Part shown: piece by piece, positions 7,719 to 16,689 of the stretch
Layout: each line of letters opens with the position of its first letter
How positions within the stretch are numbered: the first letter of the stretch is position 1
From: a bacterium
Lineage (GTDB): Bacteria; Patescibacteriota; Minisyncoccia; CAIUEV01
Direction of reading: 5' to 3'
Assembly (NCBI GenBank): GCA_021779255.1
Contig: JAJYBC010000002.1
Span: 1 to 46,234 of the forward strand
DNA length: 46,234 nt
The notes under the pieces: generated by a model
The model's database searches: none
Told to the model about the DNA's origin: nothing
The model's input: the letters and a program-made list of their open reading frames with translations, nothing else
Program-made: the position numbers and the translations under genes

Positions 7719-10196
7719 ATGTCCAAAGAAAATCTAAAAGAACGAGAGATTGTGCAGGAAATGGAAGAATCATATTTGGATTATGCCATGAGTGTTATTG
7801 TCTCCAGAGCTTTGCCGGACGTGCGTGATGGCTTAAAACCCGTTCATCGCCGTATTCTTTATGCTATGCATCGTCTCGGCTTAAGGCATAACGTTAAATA
7901 TCGCAAATCCGCCTTGGTAGTAGGAGACGTTTTGGGCAAGTACCATCCTCACGGCGATTCGGCTGTTTATGATACTCTAGTCAGAATGGCGCAGACTTTC
8001 TCTTTCCGCTATCCGTTGATTGACGGTCAAGGAAATTTCGGATCGATGGATGGTGATTTCGCTGCCGCTATGAGATATACAGAATGCCGTATGACTAAAT
8101 TGGCGGAAGAATTATTAACCGACATTGAAAAAGAAACTGTCGATTTTATGGATAACTATGATGCCAGTCGCAAAGAGCCTAAAGTTTTACCCGCCAGATT
8201 ACCCCAGTTGTTGCTTAATGGAACAATGGGCATTGCAGTGGGTATGGCTACGAATATCCCGCCTCATAATTTGGGGGAACTAGTTGATGCTTGTGTTTAT
8301 TTGTTGAAAAATCCAGAAGCAACGGTAGAAGATTTAATGGAGTTTGTTAAAGGTCCTGATTTTCCAACAGGAGGAACTATTTTTAATAAAAAAGACATTT
8401 TGCAGGCTTACGAAACAGGTAAAGGGCGAATTTTAACCAGAGCGGAAGCGGAAATTGAGGAAACCAAAAAAGGCCATCAAATTATTGTCAGAGAAATTAC
8501 TTATCAATCAAACAAGGCTCAAACAATTATCAAAATTGTTGAGTTGGTTAAATCGGGTAAACTGGAGGGTATTAAAGACATTCGCGACGAATCGGATAAA
8601 GACGGTGTAAGAATTGTTATCGAACTTAAACGAGACGCTCAACCGAATAAAATTTTGAATAAGTTGTATTTATTAACAGATTTACAGAAAGCTTTTAATG
8701 TCAATATGTTAGCTTTGGTAGATGGAATTCAACCTCGAGTGTTAGGTTTAATCGATGTTCTTAGCTATTTTTTAAAACATCGAAAAGAAGTAATTAAACG
8801 TCGTACCGAGTTTGAATTGCGAAAAGCTAAAGAGCGAATGCATATTTTGGAAGGATTGAAAAAGGCATTGGATTTTATTGATCAAGTGATTGCGACAATT
8901 AAGCAGTCGAAAACCAAAGAAGAAGCTCACCGGAATTTAATGAAAAAATTTGACTTTACGGATGTTCAGACTACGGCTATTTTGGAAATGAAATTACAAA
9001 CTTTGGCCGGTTTAGAGAGAAAGAAAATCGAAGATGAATTGGAAGAAAAACGAAAGTTGGTAGAAAAATTGGAAGCTATCTTAGCCTCAGAAATTTTATT
9101 GAAAGGAGTTATCGAAAAAGAGTTGTTAGAAGTTAAAAGTAGCTTTCCCAGCGAACGAAAAACCAAAGTAATGGCTCGAGGTATGAAAGATTTTTCGGCG
9201 GAGGATTTGATTCCACAGGAAGAAACTTTAGTCGTGGCTACCAAAAGCGGATATATCAAAAGAATGAATCCTAAATTATATCATTCGCAACATCGAGGTG
9301 GCAAAGGGGTGATTGGCGCTTCTCATAAAGAAGATGATACCATTAGCCATCTATTCATTACGGATACTCACGCTGACATCATGTTTTTTACCACTGCGGG
9401 ACGAGTTTTCCAATTAAAAACTTACGATATTCCGGAGTTTTCTCGTACGGCTAAAGGCCAAGCGCTGGTTAATTTTCTGAGTCTGGGCAGTCAAGAAAAA
9501 GTCTCAGCGATTATTGCCCTTTCCAACTTCAGTCAAGAATTGCCGAAATATTTTTTCTTTGTGACTAAAAAAGGAGTTATTAAAAAAACGGAAAAAATAG
9601 CTTTTGATTCGGTTAGACGAAGTGGCTTGATTGCTATTAAATTAAGACCAGACGATGAATTATGTTGGGTGAAAGGAAGCTCCGGCGAGAGCGAAGTGGT
9701 TTTAGTTTCTTCTTATGGCCAAGCTATTCGTTTTGACGAAAAAGAAGTAAGACCGATGGGGCGATCCGCTTCGGGAGTGCGAGGAATGAGACTTAAAAAT
9801 AGTGATTATATCGTGGGTATCAATATGCTTTCCGGTGGGGAAGAATCCAGTTTACTTTTAACCATTAGCGCTAATGGCATCGGTAAGTTTTCGGCTCTTA
9901 AAAATTATCGGAAACAAAAAAGAGGAGGCAGCGGCATTCGAACGATGAAAATTACTGAAAAAACCGGTCCTTTGGTCTTGGCGCGAATTATTTCTCGGGA
10001 AGCAAAAGAAAAAACGGATTTAATCCTAACTTCTCTTAAAGGACAAGTAATCAGAATGGCCGTCAAAGGGCTTTCTATCCTTAGCCGTAACACCCAAGGA
10101 GTGAGATTGATCAGACTGGGAGACGGAGATGAAGTGGCTTCAGGAGATGTCATTGAAACGGAAACGGAAATTAAATTGGATAATAAAAAAGTTTGA
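7719..10196 (+). CDS. gyrA: DNA gyrase subunit A
   Basis: [30 protein letters not shown]...[17 protein letters not shown]...AAMRYTE (catalytic Tyr region), plus a C-terminal beta-pinwheel region containing QHRGGKG, a GyrA-box-like motif. Confidence 0.95.
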   Translation: MSKENLKEREIVQEMEESYLDYAMSVIVSRALPDVRDGLKPVHRRILYAMHRLGLRHNVKYRKSALVVGDVLGKYHPHGDSAVYDTLVRMAQTFSFRYPLIDGQGNFGSMDGDFAAAMRYTECRMTKLAEELLTDIEKETVDFMDNYDASRKEPKVLPARLPQLLLNGTMGIAVGMATNIPPHNLGELVDACVYLLKNPEATVEDLMEFVKGPDFPTGGTIFNKKDILQAYETGKGRILTRAEAEIEETKKGHQIIVREITYQSNKAQTIIKIVELVKSGKLEGIKDIRDESDKDGVRIVIELKRDAQPNKILNKLYLLTDLQKAFNVNMLALVDGIQPRVLGLIDVLSYFLKHRKEVIKRRTEFELRKAKERMHILEGLKKALDFIDQVIATIKQSKTKEEAHRNLMKKFDFTDVQTTAILEMKLQTLAGLERKKIEDELEEKRKLVEKLEAILASEILLKGVIEKELLEVKSSFPSERKTKVMARGMKDFSAEDLIPQEETLVVATKSGYIKRMNPKLYHSQHRGGKGVIGASHKEDDTISHLFITDTHADIMFFTTAGRVFQLKTYDIPEFSRTAKGQALVNFLSLGSQEKVSAIIALSNFSQELPKYFFFVTKKGVIKKTEKIAFDSVRRSGLIAIKLRPDDELCWVKGSSGESEVVLVSSYGQAIRFDEKEVRPMGRSASGVRGMRLKNSDYIVGINMLSGGEESSLLLTISANGIGKFSALKNYRKQKRGGSGIRTMKITEKTGPLVLARIISREAKEKTDLILTSLKGQVIRMAVKGLSILSRNTQGVRLIRLGDGDEVASGDVIETETEIKLDNKKV

Positions 10197-10276
10197 TTTT
10201 TTAAGCACGAAGTCGTTTTGTTAAGGGCGCATTTGAAAAATTAAAGAGGCTAAAAAATTATTTAAAAAAATAAAAA

Positions 10277-11683
10277 ATGTTTTTTAAGCGTAAAAAACAA
10301 TTTTCTGTACAAAAGGGTATGATTATTCCCTTTGTGATTGTTTTTGGTTCGATTCTAACTCTTATTTTAGTAAGTCTTTTGGGCTATGTTTCTTATCGTT
10401 ATCAACAATCGGTGAGACAAACTTATAAAGCGAACGCTTTACAAATGGCTGAAGCCGGCTTGAATTATTATTATTGGTATGTGTTGCATACTCTGGAAGG
10501 TAAATCCTCGGCTCAATTGGAAGCTTATTGGGCCACTGCTCCTCTGGGAGTTCCTTCTTACGAAAATCAAGTTAAGGATCAGTCGGGTAAGGTAATCGGC
10601 GTCTATCGTCTTGAAGTCACACCACCGGCTAAAGGTTCAACGATTATTATGGCGAAAATTATCGGTTGGGATATTAAAAATGCCAAATTGACACGAACCA
10701 TTGAAGCTCGTCTGCGAAAACCGTCTTGGAGCGAGTATAGTGTTATTGCCAATGACGTGATGCGCTTTGGTGAAGGAACGGAAACTTGGGGTCCGATTTA
10801 TTCTAACAATGGCATTCACTATGACGGGGTGGCTCATAATTTGGTTTCCAGTTACGTAACTAATACGTATTGGGATCCCGACTATAATGCCTACAAACCA
10901 GGTGTTTGGACTTCTTTACCTAATGAAGCGCAAGTTTTTTTGGCGGGTAAGGCTTATCCGGTGAGTTATAAAGATTTTAATCAAGTCTCGGTTGATTTTG
11001 GGGTGATGAAAACTTATTCGGCGCCGACCAAAGGGGGATTATATTTCCCAGCCGTTAACAAAAAAGATTGTGGCTATCACGTTCAACTGCGCACGGACGG
11101 AAAAATTCGAGTAGCCACAGTCAATACTTGCGATACGAGCAGTTATAAAATTGTTAAAGAATCTTCCTTTACTACTTACACAATGCCGACTAATGGTTTG
11201 ATTTTTTTTCAAGCCAATACTTGGGTCGAAGGAAGTATTAGTGACAAACATTTAACTATTGCAGCCGCTGATCCGGACAACGGAGCGGTGACCAATATTT
11301 ATCTTTTTAATGATGTTACTTATACCAACACAGATGGCCGAGATGTTTTGGGTTTAATTGCCCAAAATAACGTGAGCGTGGGTCTTTATAGCGATGATGA
11401 TTTGAGAATTGATGCGGCATTGGTAGCTCAAATTGGTCGAGTTGGGCGAGATTATTACACTTATTCCGATTCCAATAGCTATTATATCAGAAATACGATA
11501 ACAGTTAACGGCGCTATTGCTACCAATAGTCGTTACGGTTTTGCTTGGATTTGTGGAGGAACTCACTGCTCCGGTTATCGCAATCGGAACATTATTTATG
11601 ATAATAACTTGCTTTATACACCGCCACCGTTTTTCCCGACGGGCACCCACTATTCGATTGATCAATGGGAAGAGGTAAATTAA
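10277..11683 (+). CDS. PilX-N-like putative pilus-associated protein
   Basis: The N-terminus QKGMIIPFVIVFGSILTLILVSLLGYV...ANALQMAEAGLNYY resembles the PilX N-terminal domain: a hydrophobic helix followed by an AEAG motif. The remainder is a large beta-rich extracellular region. Confidence 0.6.
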   Translation: MFFKRKKQFSVQKGMIIPFVIVFGSILTLILVSLLGYVSYRYQQSVRQTYKANALQMAEAGLNYYYWYVLHTLEGKSSAQLEAYWATAPLGVPSYENQVKDQSGKVIGVYRLEVTPPAKGSTIIMAKIIGWDIKNAKLTRTIEARLRKPSWSEYSVIANDVMRFGEGTETWGPIYSNNGIHYDGVAHNLVSSYVTNTYWDPDYNAYKPGVWTSLPNEAQVFLAGKAYPVSYKDFNQVSVDFGVMKTYSAPTKGGLYFPAVNKKDCGYHVQLRTDGKIRVATVNTCDTSSYKIVKESSFTTYTMPTNGLIFFQANTWVEGSISDKHLTIAAADPDNGAVTNIYLFNDVTYTNTDGRDVLGLIAQNNVSVGLYSDDDLRIDAALVAQIGRVGRDYYTYSDSNSYYIRNTITVNGAIATNSRYGFAWICGGTHCSGYRNRNIIYDNNLLYTPPPFFPTGTHYSIDQWEEVN

Positions 11684-11973
11684 AATTTTACAGGGGCGGG
11701 GTTATTACGCCCATCCGTAGGAGCGTATCGCGATACGCTCCTACCGGAATCCGCGATATTTTCTTGGTTAGAGGTGGTTCTATTCTCCGGCAGGGGATTT
11801 TTGATTTGTTCGATACTTTGAACCGGCGCATCTGGATTAATAATTTCGGGCTTGACGGGTAAAACTGTTTGGCCGAATTCGAGATCGCGACGGGCTTGAA
11901 GAAGACTTCTCTTGTCTTCTTCTTGATTATCGCCAGAAGTTAAATTTTCCGGTTGCTTTTCTAATGTTTCCAT
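11680..11973 (-). CDS. possible small acidic hypothetical protein (doubtful)
   Basis: A 97-aa ORF with no recognisable motif. Its 3-prime end reads through the 28-bp palindrome, and the opposite strand also has an ORF across the same palindrome, so it may be non-coding. Confidence 0.3.
   Translation of the reverse strand: METLEKQPENLTSGDNQEEDKRSLLQARRDLEFGQTVLPVKPEIINPDAPVQSIEQIKNPLPENRTTSNQENIADSGRSVSRYAPTDGRNNPAPVKF
11717..11744. repeat. perfect 28-bp palindrome GTAGGAGCGTATCGCGATACGCTCCTAC
   Basis: Verified by reverse-complementing the half-site. The centre is TCGCGA, as in family 1. It lies 34 nt after the stop of 10277..11683 and may act as a terminator or a REP-like element. Confidence 0.8.
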
Positions 11974-12035
11974 TTTTGTTATTTAAATATATAATAAAAG
12001 CAACTTGATTCTGTATGTTTTTAGTTTTTTTATTT

Positions 12036-12119
12036 GCGAATTTTTGGTAGTTTCCAATTGAGAGTGTGCCCCCGGCAGGGTGACTTCGCACTCGAAATTG
12101 AAAACTACCAAAAATTCGC
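12036..12119. repeat. long hairpin with a conserved GC-rich apical core (family 2, copy B, inverted core)
   Basis: A 31-position stem with 3 mismatches pairs 12036-12066 with 12089-12119. The loop is TGCCCCCGGCAGGGTGACTTCG. The stem sequence is unrelated to copy A while the core is conserved. Confidence 0.85.
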
Positions 12120-12158
12120 TAGAAACTAGAAACTTTTTTGAAATTATAAACTATTTTT

Positions 12159-13610
12159 ATGACTTTGGCTTCTCGAATTGCTCATAATTCAATCATCTCA
12201 GCGATTACTCGAGTTTTGAGCTTGGGTATTGCTTTAATTAATGTCGGCTTAATTACTCGTTATTTAGGCACTAACGGTTTTGGTGACTACACAACGGTTT
12301 TGGCTTTTTATTTTCTAATCACAGCTGTTTCCGATTTTGGCATTAATCAAATTCTCACCAGAGAAATATCTCGTCCGGAAGCTAAAGAAAAAAAGATTAT
12401 GGCCGATGTGCTGGGTTTGCGTTTAACTTCGGTTTCTCTTTTATCAATAATTGGCGTTTTGGGTGTTCTTTTTTTACCGTACAGTTTCGTAATTAAACAA
12501 GGCATTTGGATTATGTTTTTGGCCTTATTGTTTTCTTCGCTTTCCCAAACGCTGAACAGCCTCTTTCAAAAAAAATTAGTAATGAATCGATTGGCTTGGC
12601 GGGAGTTGATTGGTCGTTTTATCCAATTGGGAATATCTTATTGGGCAATTAAAAGTAATTTGGGTTTATTGGGGATTCTTTTGGCGATGGTGATTAGTTT
12701 CCTATTTGTCCTGTTGGCTTCTTGGCAACTGGCCAATAAATATACTAAAATCAGTTTCTCTTTTGATTTTGCTTATTGGAAATATTTTCTGAAAGAATCG
12801 GCCCCCTTGGGTATTGCCGCTTTTGTCAATTTCCTTTATTTTAAAGCGGATACGATTTTACTTTCTTTATTGCAAAATAGCCACGATGTAGGTATTTACG
12901 GCTCAGCTTACAAAGTTTTAGAAAGTTTGATCTATTTCCCTTTTATGTTTATGGGTTTGGTTATGCCGGTTTTCTCTTACAACATTTTTTATCGTCCTAA
13001 GAATTTTCTCAGAGTGGCCAGTCGAACTTTAAAAGCTCTTTGGCTAGTGACTCTTCCTTTGGTGATTTTGCTATTTTTTTTGGCGCCCGAAGCCATTCGA
13101 GTTATTGCTGGGCCGGGATTTGAAGAAGCAACCTTGGTTTTGAGAATTCTTTCTTTAGCTTTGGGAGCAATTTTTTTAGCTCATTTTTTCAACAGTATTT
13201 TGATCGTAGTCAATCAGCAAAAATTATTGTTGTGGATTCTAACTGCCACGGCCGGCTTAAGTTTAGTTTTAAATTTTATTTTAATTCCCTATTATTCCTA
13301 TATGGCAGTGGCCGTGGTGTCTACTCTTTGCGAGGTTTTAGTCACCTTCCTAGTTTATTGGTTTAGTCGTCGTTGGGGGGTGGGCAAGGGTGAAGGTTGG
13401 GAGCCATTGCCGATTATTTCCATGTTGGTAGCTTCTTTGGGAATGATTTTAATTTTACTTTCGTTGGATATGCTTAATCTTTCTCTTTGGCTGAGGGTTA
13501 TAGTCAAAGGGTTAGTAGGCAGTTCAACTTATTTGATTTTAATATTTTCTACTCGAGGTCTAAAATTGGCCGAAGTAAAAGAACTTTTAGCTTTTTCTAA
13601 AAATGGATAA
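12159..13610 (+). CDS. MOP-superfamily oligosaccharide/polysaccharide flippase (Wzx/MurJ-like)
   Basis: 483 aa with roughly 12-14 hydrophobic segments. The N-terminal pattern SIISAITRVLSLGIALINVGLITRYLGTNGFGDY is typical of the Polysacc_synt flippase family. Confidence 0.75.
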   Translation: MTLASRIAHNSIISAITRVLSLGIALINVGLITRYLGTNGFGDYTTVLAFYFLITAVSDFGINQILTREISRPEAKEKKIMADVLGLRLTSVSLLSIIGVLGVLFLPYSFVIKQGIWIMFLALLFSSLSQTLNSLFQKKLVMNRLAWRELIGRFIQLGISYWAIKSNLGLLGILLAMVISFLFVLLASWQLANKYTKISFSFDFAYWKYFLKESAPLGIAAFVNFLYFKADTILLSLLQNSHDVGIYGSAYKVLESLIYFPFMFMGLVMPVFSYNIFYRPKNFLRVASRTLKALWLVTLPLVILLFFLAPEAIRVIAGPGFEEATLVLRILSLALGAIFLAHFFNSILIVVNQQKLLLWILTATAGLSLVLNFILIPYYSYMAVAVVSTLCEVLVTFLVYWFSRRWGVGKGEGWEPLPIISMLVASLGMILILLSLDMLNLSLWLRVIVKGLVGSSTYLILIFSTRGLKLAEVKELLAFSKNG

Positions 13611-14268
13611 TTCTATTTTCCGAGTTCGTCATTTTAAAGAGGCTAATCTCGGCAATTATTTAAAAGAACGGAGAATAAAAAAAAAGCTTAGTTTGGAGGA
13701 AATAGCTTCCGAATTGGCTATTAGTCGAAAATATTTGATGGCCTTGGAAGAAAATAATTTAGCTCTTTTGCCCCCCGAAGTTTATGTAAAAGGTTTTTTA
13801 CAACGTTACGCTAATTTTTTAGGGTTAGACGAGAACAAAGCTTTATTCCTTTTTGAAAAAAATCGTCAAAAAAGTAAACTGGTTAAATTTCCTCGAACTC
13901 GCTTACCGTTAATTAAAATAAAAAAATTAATTAATTATCGAAATTTGGTTTTTTTTGCGGTGGTTTTTTTGTTAGTTATTTTGGTGGCTTATTTAGTAAA
14001 AGTGATCGGACCGGTTTATCAAAATCCTTCTTTCGATTTGAAAAATCCTTCCAAGTGTCCTTTTGAATCGCAAGAAGGGTCTTTAAAAATCTCTGGTGAA
14101 ACTCAACCGGAAAGCAAAATTTGGATCAACGAAAAAGAAGTTGTAGTTGAAAAAAATGGTTATTTTGAATGTCTAGTTTTTCTTAATAAAGGAGAAAATC
14201 AAATTCAATTTAAAATTAAGAATAAATTTGGCAGAGAGAAGAAGAGCAACTGCTTGGTGAAATACTAA
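13603..14268 (+). CDS. RodZ-like HTH (XRE-type) membrane protein
   Basis: LGNYLKERRIKKKLSLEEIASELAISRKYLMALEENN...VYVKGFLQRYANFLGLD, followed by a single TM segment and an extracellular tail. It overlaps the upstream gene by 8 nt (ATGGATAA). Confidence 0.7.
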   Translation: MDNSIFRVRHFKEANLGNYLKERRIKKKLSLEEIASELAISRKYLMALEENNLALLPPEVYVKGFLQRYANFLGLDENKALFLFEKNRQKSKLVKFPRTRLPLIKIKKLINYRNLVFFAVVFLLVILVAYLVKVIGPVYQNPSFDLKNPSKCPFESQEGSLKISGETQPESKIWINEKEVVVEKNGYFECLVFLNKGENQIQFKIKNKFGREKKSNCLVKY

Positions 14269-14324
14269 GATAAATATCTAATTCATCTAATTTCTAATAA
14301 AAATGCAGAAAAAGAAGGAAAATA

Positions 14325-14408
14325 GAATTAAGAGATAAGAGATAGGAATTAAGAACAAATAGCCGGATTTTCTTCATTCTTATCTCCTAATTCTTATCTC
14401 TTTATTCC
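14325..14408. terminator. imperfect long hairpin between convergent genes
   Basis: GAATTAAGAGATAAGAGATAGGAATTAAGAA pairs imperfectly with TTCTTCATTCTTATCTCCTAATTCTTATCTC. It sits between the RodZ-like gene (+) and miaA (-) and overlaps the last codons of miaA. Confidence 0.3.
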
Positions 14409-15383
14409 TGACTTATTAGAGGAATTAGAAATTAGAAATTTTTTTGTTAACCTATTCGCTTCTTGACCATCTTTGACCCAGTGGATTCTTTTGTCTTTTT
14501 TAAACCAATTGATTTGCCGACGGGCAAATTGATAAATTTGTTTAGCCAAATTAATCTCAAGTTCTTGCCTGTTGATTTTATTTTGGAGAAAATAAGATAT
14601 ATACCTAGGTTCTAAACCCATTCTTTCCAGCCGAGCATAGTCGGCTTTTTTTTGAGAAATTATATTTTTTACTTCTTCAATCATACCTTGATTCAATCTC
14701 TCTTTTAATCTTTGAACAATTCGTTTTTTTAGAATTTCGTTAGAATAAATTTTTCCTAAAAAGAGAAAATTATATTTAGGTTCCGACTTTGGTTTGAAAC
14801 TGGCAAAACTTTGACCAGAGACAAGGCAAATCTCCAGAGCTCTTTGCAATCTTCTGGGGTTATTTTGATCGATACCAGTATAGGCCTCGGGATCTATTTT
14901 TAATAAATTTTGCTGGAGCTCTTCTAAACTCATTTTTTCCAGTTTTTGTCGAAGAGTCAGATCTTTTTTAAATTGAGGGAACTGCCAACCTTCTGTAATC
15001 GAATAAACGTAAAAAGGACTTCCGCCGACTACAATAGGTAATTTTTTATGATGTAAGATTTGATTAATAATTTTAAAAGCTTTTTGCTGAAATTCGGCCG
15101 AGCTAAATTCTTCGTTAGGCTCCAGAATATCAATAAGATAAGAGGGAATTGTTTGTTGGGACAGGTCGCGACCTGTCCGTACGCGGCCTGTCTCTGTTAT
15201 AATATATTCATTTTTGTCTTTTCCGGTGCAAAGATCGAGATAGCGATAAATTTGCCTAGAATCGGCCGAAATAATTTCACCGTCAAATTTGACGGCTAAT
15301 TCCACTCCCAGTCTAGTTTTTCCGCAGGCCGTCGGACCTACAACCGCCACCGCTTTGGGCAAATTAAATTTATCTTTTTGCAT
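14394..15383 (-). CDS. miaA: tRNA dimethylallyltransferase
   Basis: P-loop VVGPTACGKT, then IISADSRQIYRYLDLCTGK...YLIDI...IVVGGSPFY. It carries an in-frame insertion encoded by a REP-like palindrome (see findings). Confidence 0.9.
   Translation of the reverse strand: MQKDKFNLPKAVAVVGPTACGKTRLGVELAVKFDGEIISADSRQIYRYLDLCTGKDKNEYIITETGRVRTGRDLSQQTIPSYLIDILEPNEEFSSAEFQQKAFKIINQILHHKKLPIVVGGSPFYVYSITEGWQFPQFKKDLTLRQKLEKMSLEELQQNLLKIDPEAYTGIDQNNPRRLQRALEICLVSGQSFASFKPKSEPKYNFLFLGKIYSNEILKKRIVQRLKERLNQGMIEEVKNIISQKKADYARLERMGLEPRYISYFLQNKINRQELEINLAKQIYQFARRQINWFKKDKRIHWVKDGQEANRLTKKFLISNSSNKSGIKR
15158..15195. repeat. REP-like palindrome, family 1, inside the miaA coding sequence
   Basis: GGGACAGGTCGCGACCTGTCC GTACG CGGCCTGTCTC is the same palindrome as at 4121 plus a degenerate second right arm. 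On the minus strand it encodes ...TGRVRTGRDLSQ... Confidence 0.85.
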
Positions 15384-15414
15384 AAATTTCTAATTTTTAA
15401 AATTGACAATTACT

Positions 15415-16680
15415 TTAGTTTTGCATCATTCGGACAACGCGACGCATAATACTGCCGAGAACTCTTTCTTCACCAATTAAATCGAGAGCTAAATTGGCCA
15501 AGCCCATTGGGGTGACGTCTTGAAAATCCCTTAATTTGCCGGTTTTATCAATGATGTTAATAACATCTTTAGGGTAGATAAAATCGACCTCTATCGGCTT
15601 GGCAAAAGGCAGATCCTCCGGCCAGTGATTTTTTTCTAGAACTTTTTTAATTTCCGGCAGATGCGCTCCTCCACCACAAAGTAAAAAATTGTGAGGTAAA
15701 AGATCGTTACCAACAAATTCGCCTAGCGCCAATTCCACACCGGAAAGCCAAACTTGACAATCTTCTTCCAAAATACTTTGGAGTTTTTGCATTAGTTGGG
15801 GTCCCAGATCTCTTTTAGAATAGCGAATTTTTAATTTTTCCGCTTCTTCGAAACTGATATTTAATTCATTCGCTAAGCGCTTGGTAAAAGCTCGGCCACC
15901 CAAAGCGAACATTTTAGTTCCCTCAATTCCACCGTTACGTACGACGGCAATATCGGTGGTGCCACCGCCAACATCGATAAAAACAGCTGAGAATTCCACG
16001 GAATTTTCTGTTCCCAAAGAACGAGCTACGGCGTACGGTTCAGCGGCGATAGATAACAAATCTAAACCCAACTCATTGACGATACTTTGCAAGGCGCCCA
16101 AATGAATCATTGGCGCGTACGAATTAAAAACGGAAATGGAAACTTCTTTGCCTTGAAAACCCAAAGGATTGGTGACTCGATAGCCGTCAATTTTAACGTC
16201 CACGATGGCGGCGTTAATTAATTTAATATCAATTTCCGAATGTCCGGTTTCCCAAGCCAATTGTTGACGAATACGGTCAAAAGCTTTCCATTGAACCTTT
16301 TGAACAATATTTTTGAGCTCGGGCATATCGATTTTAAGTTGTGGCCTTAATCTTTCATAGCGAACGGTTACGGTGGTTCCTTTGACCAATTCTCCGGCGA
16401 TACCCACAATACATTGTTCGGGCACAAATTTTAGTTTTTCGGAAGCTTCAGCAACAGCTTTACTGCAAGTTTCTACGACGCCTTCAATATCGGCGACGGC
16501 GCCCGAAGTCATATGACCCGATTTTTGTCTGGCGCGACCGACGCCAACGACAATCCCTTTATCTTCTTGCGAATCTATTTGAAAAATTAAAGCCTTGACA
16601 AATTCGGTGCCAATATCAAGAGAAAGCGCGTGGTTAGCTGAATTTTGTTTTTGACCGAAGATATTTTGCCAAAGAGACAT
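15415..16680 (-). CDS. ftsA: FtsA-like actin-family ATPase (probable cell division protein)
   Basis: LSLDIGTEFVKA (phosphate 1), FIDVGGGTTDIAV (phosphate 2) and LCGGGAHLP (adenosine motif). At 421 aa the layout is FtsA-like rather than MreB-like. Confidence 0.7.
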   Translation of the reverse strand: MSLWQNIFGQKQNSANHALSLDIGTEFVKALIFQIDSQEDKGIVVGVGRARQKSGHMTSGAVADIEGVVETCSKAVAEASEKLKFVPEQCIVGIAGELVKGTTVTVRYERLRPQLKIDMPELKNIVQKVQWKAFDRIRQQLAWETGHSEIDIKLINAAIVDVKIDGYRVTNPLGFQGKEVSISVFNSYAPMIHLGALQSIVNELGLDLLSIAAEPYAVARSLGTENSVEFSAVFIDVGGGTTDIAVVRNGGIEGTKMFALGGRAFTKRLANELNISFEEAEKLKIRYSKRDLGPQLMQKLQSILEEDCQVWLSGVELALGEFVGNDLLPHNFLLCGGGAHLPEIKKVLEKNHWPEDLPFAKPIEVDFIYPKDVINIIDKTGKLRDFQDVTPMGLANLALDLIGEERVLGSIMRRVVRMMQN

Positions 16681-16689
16681 AAAAAATTT

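Noticed and set aside
11665-11862. Plus-strand 65-aa ORF overlapping the end of the PilX-like gene.
   Set aside because: It exists mainly because the 28-bp palindrome is open in both orientations. It has no start context and a biased Arg/Gly/Ile composition.
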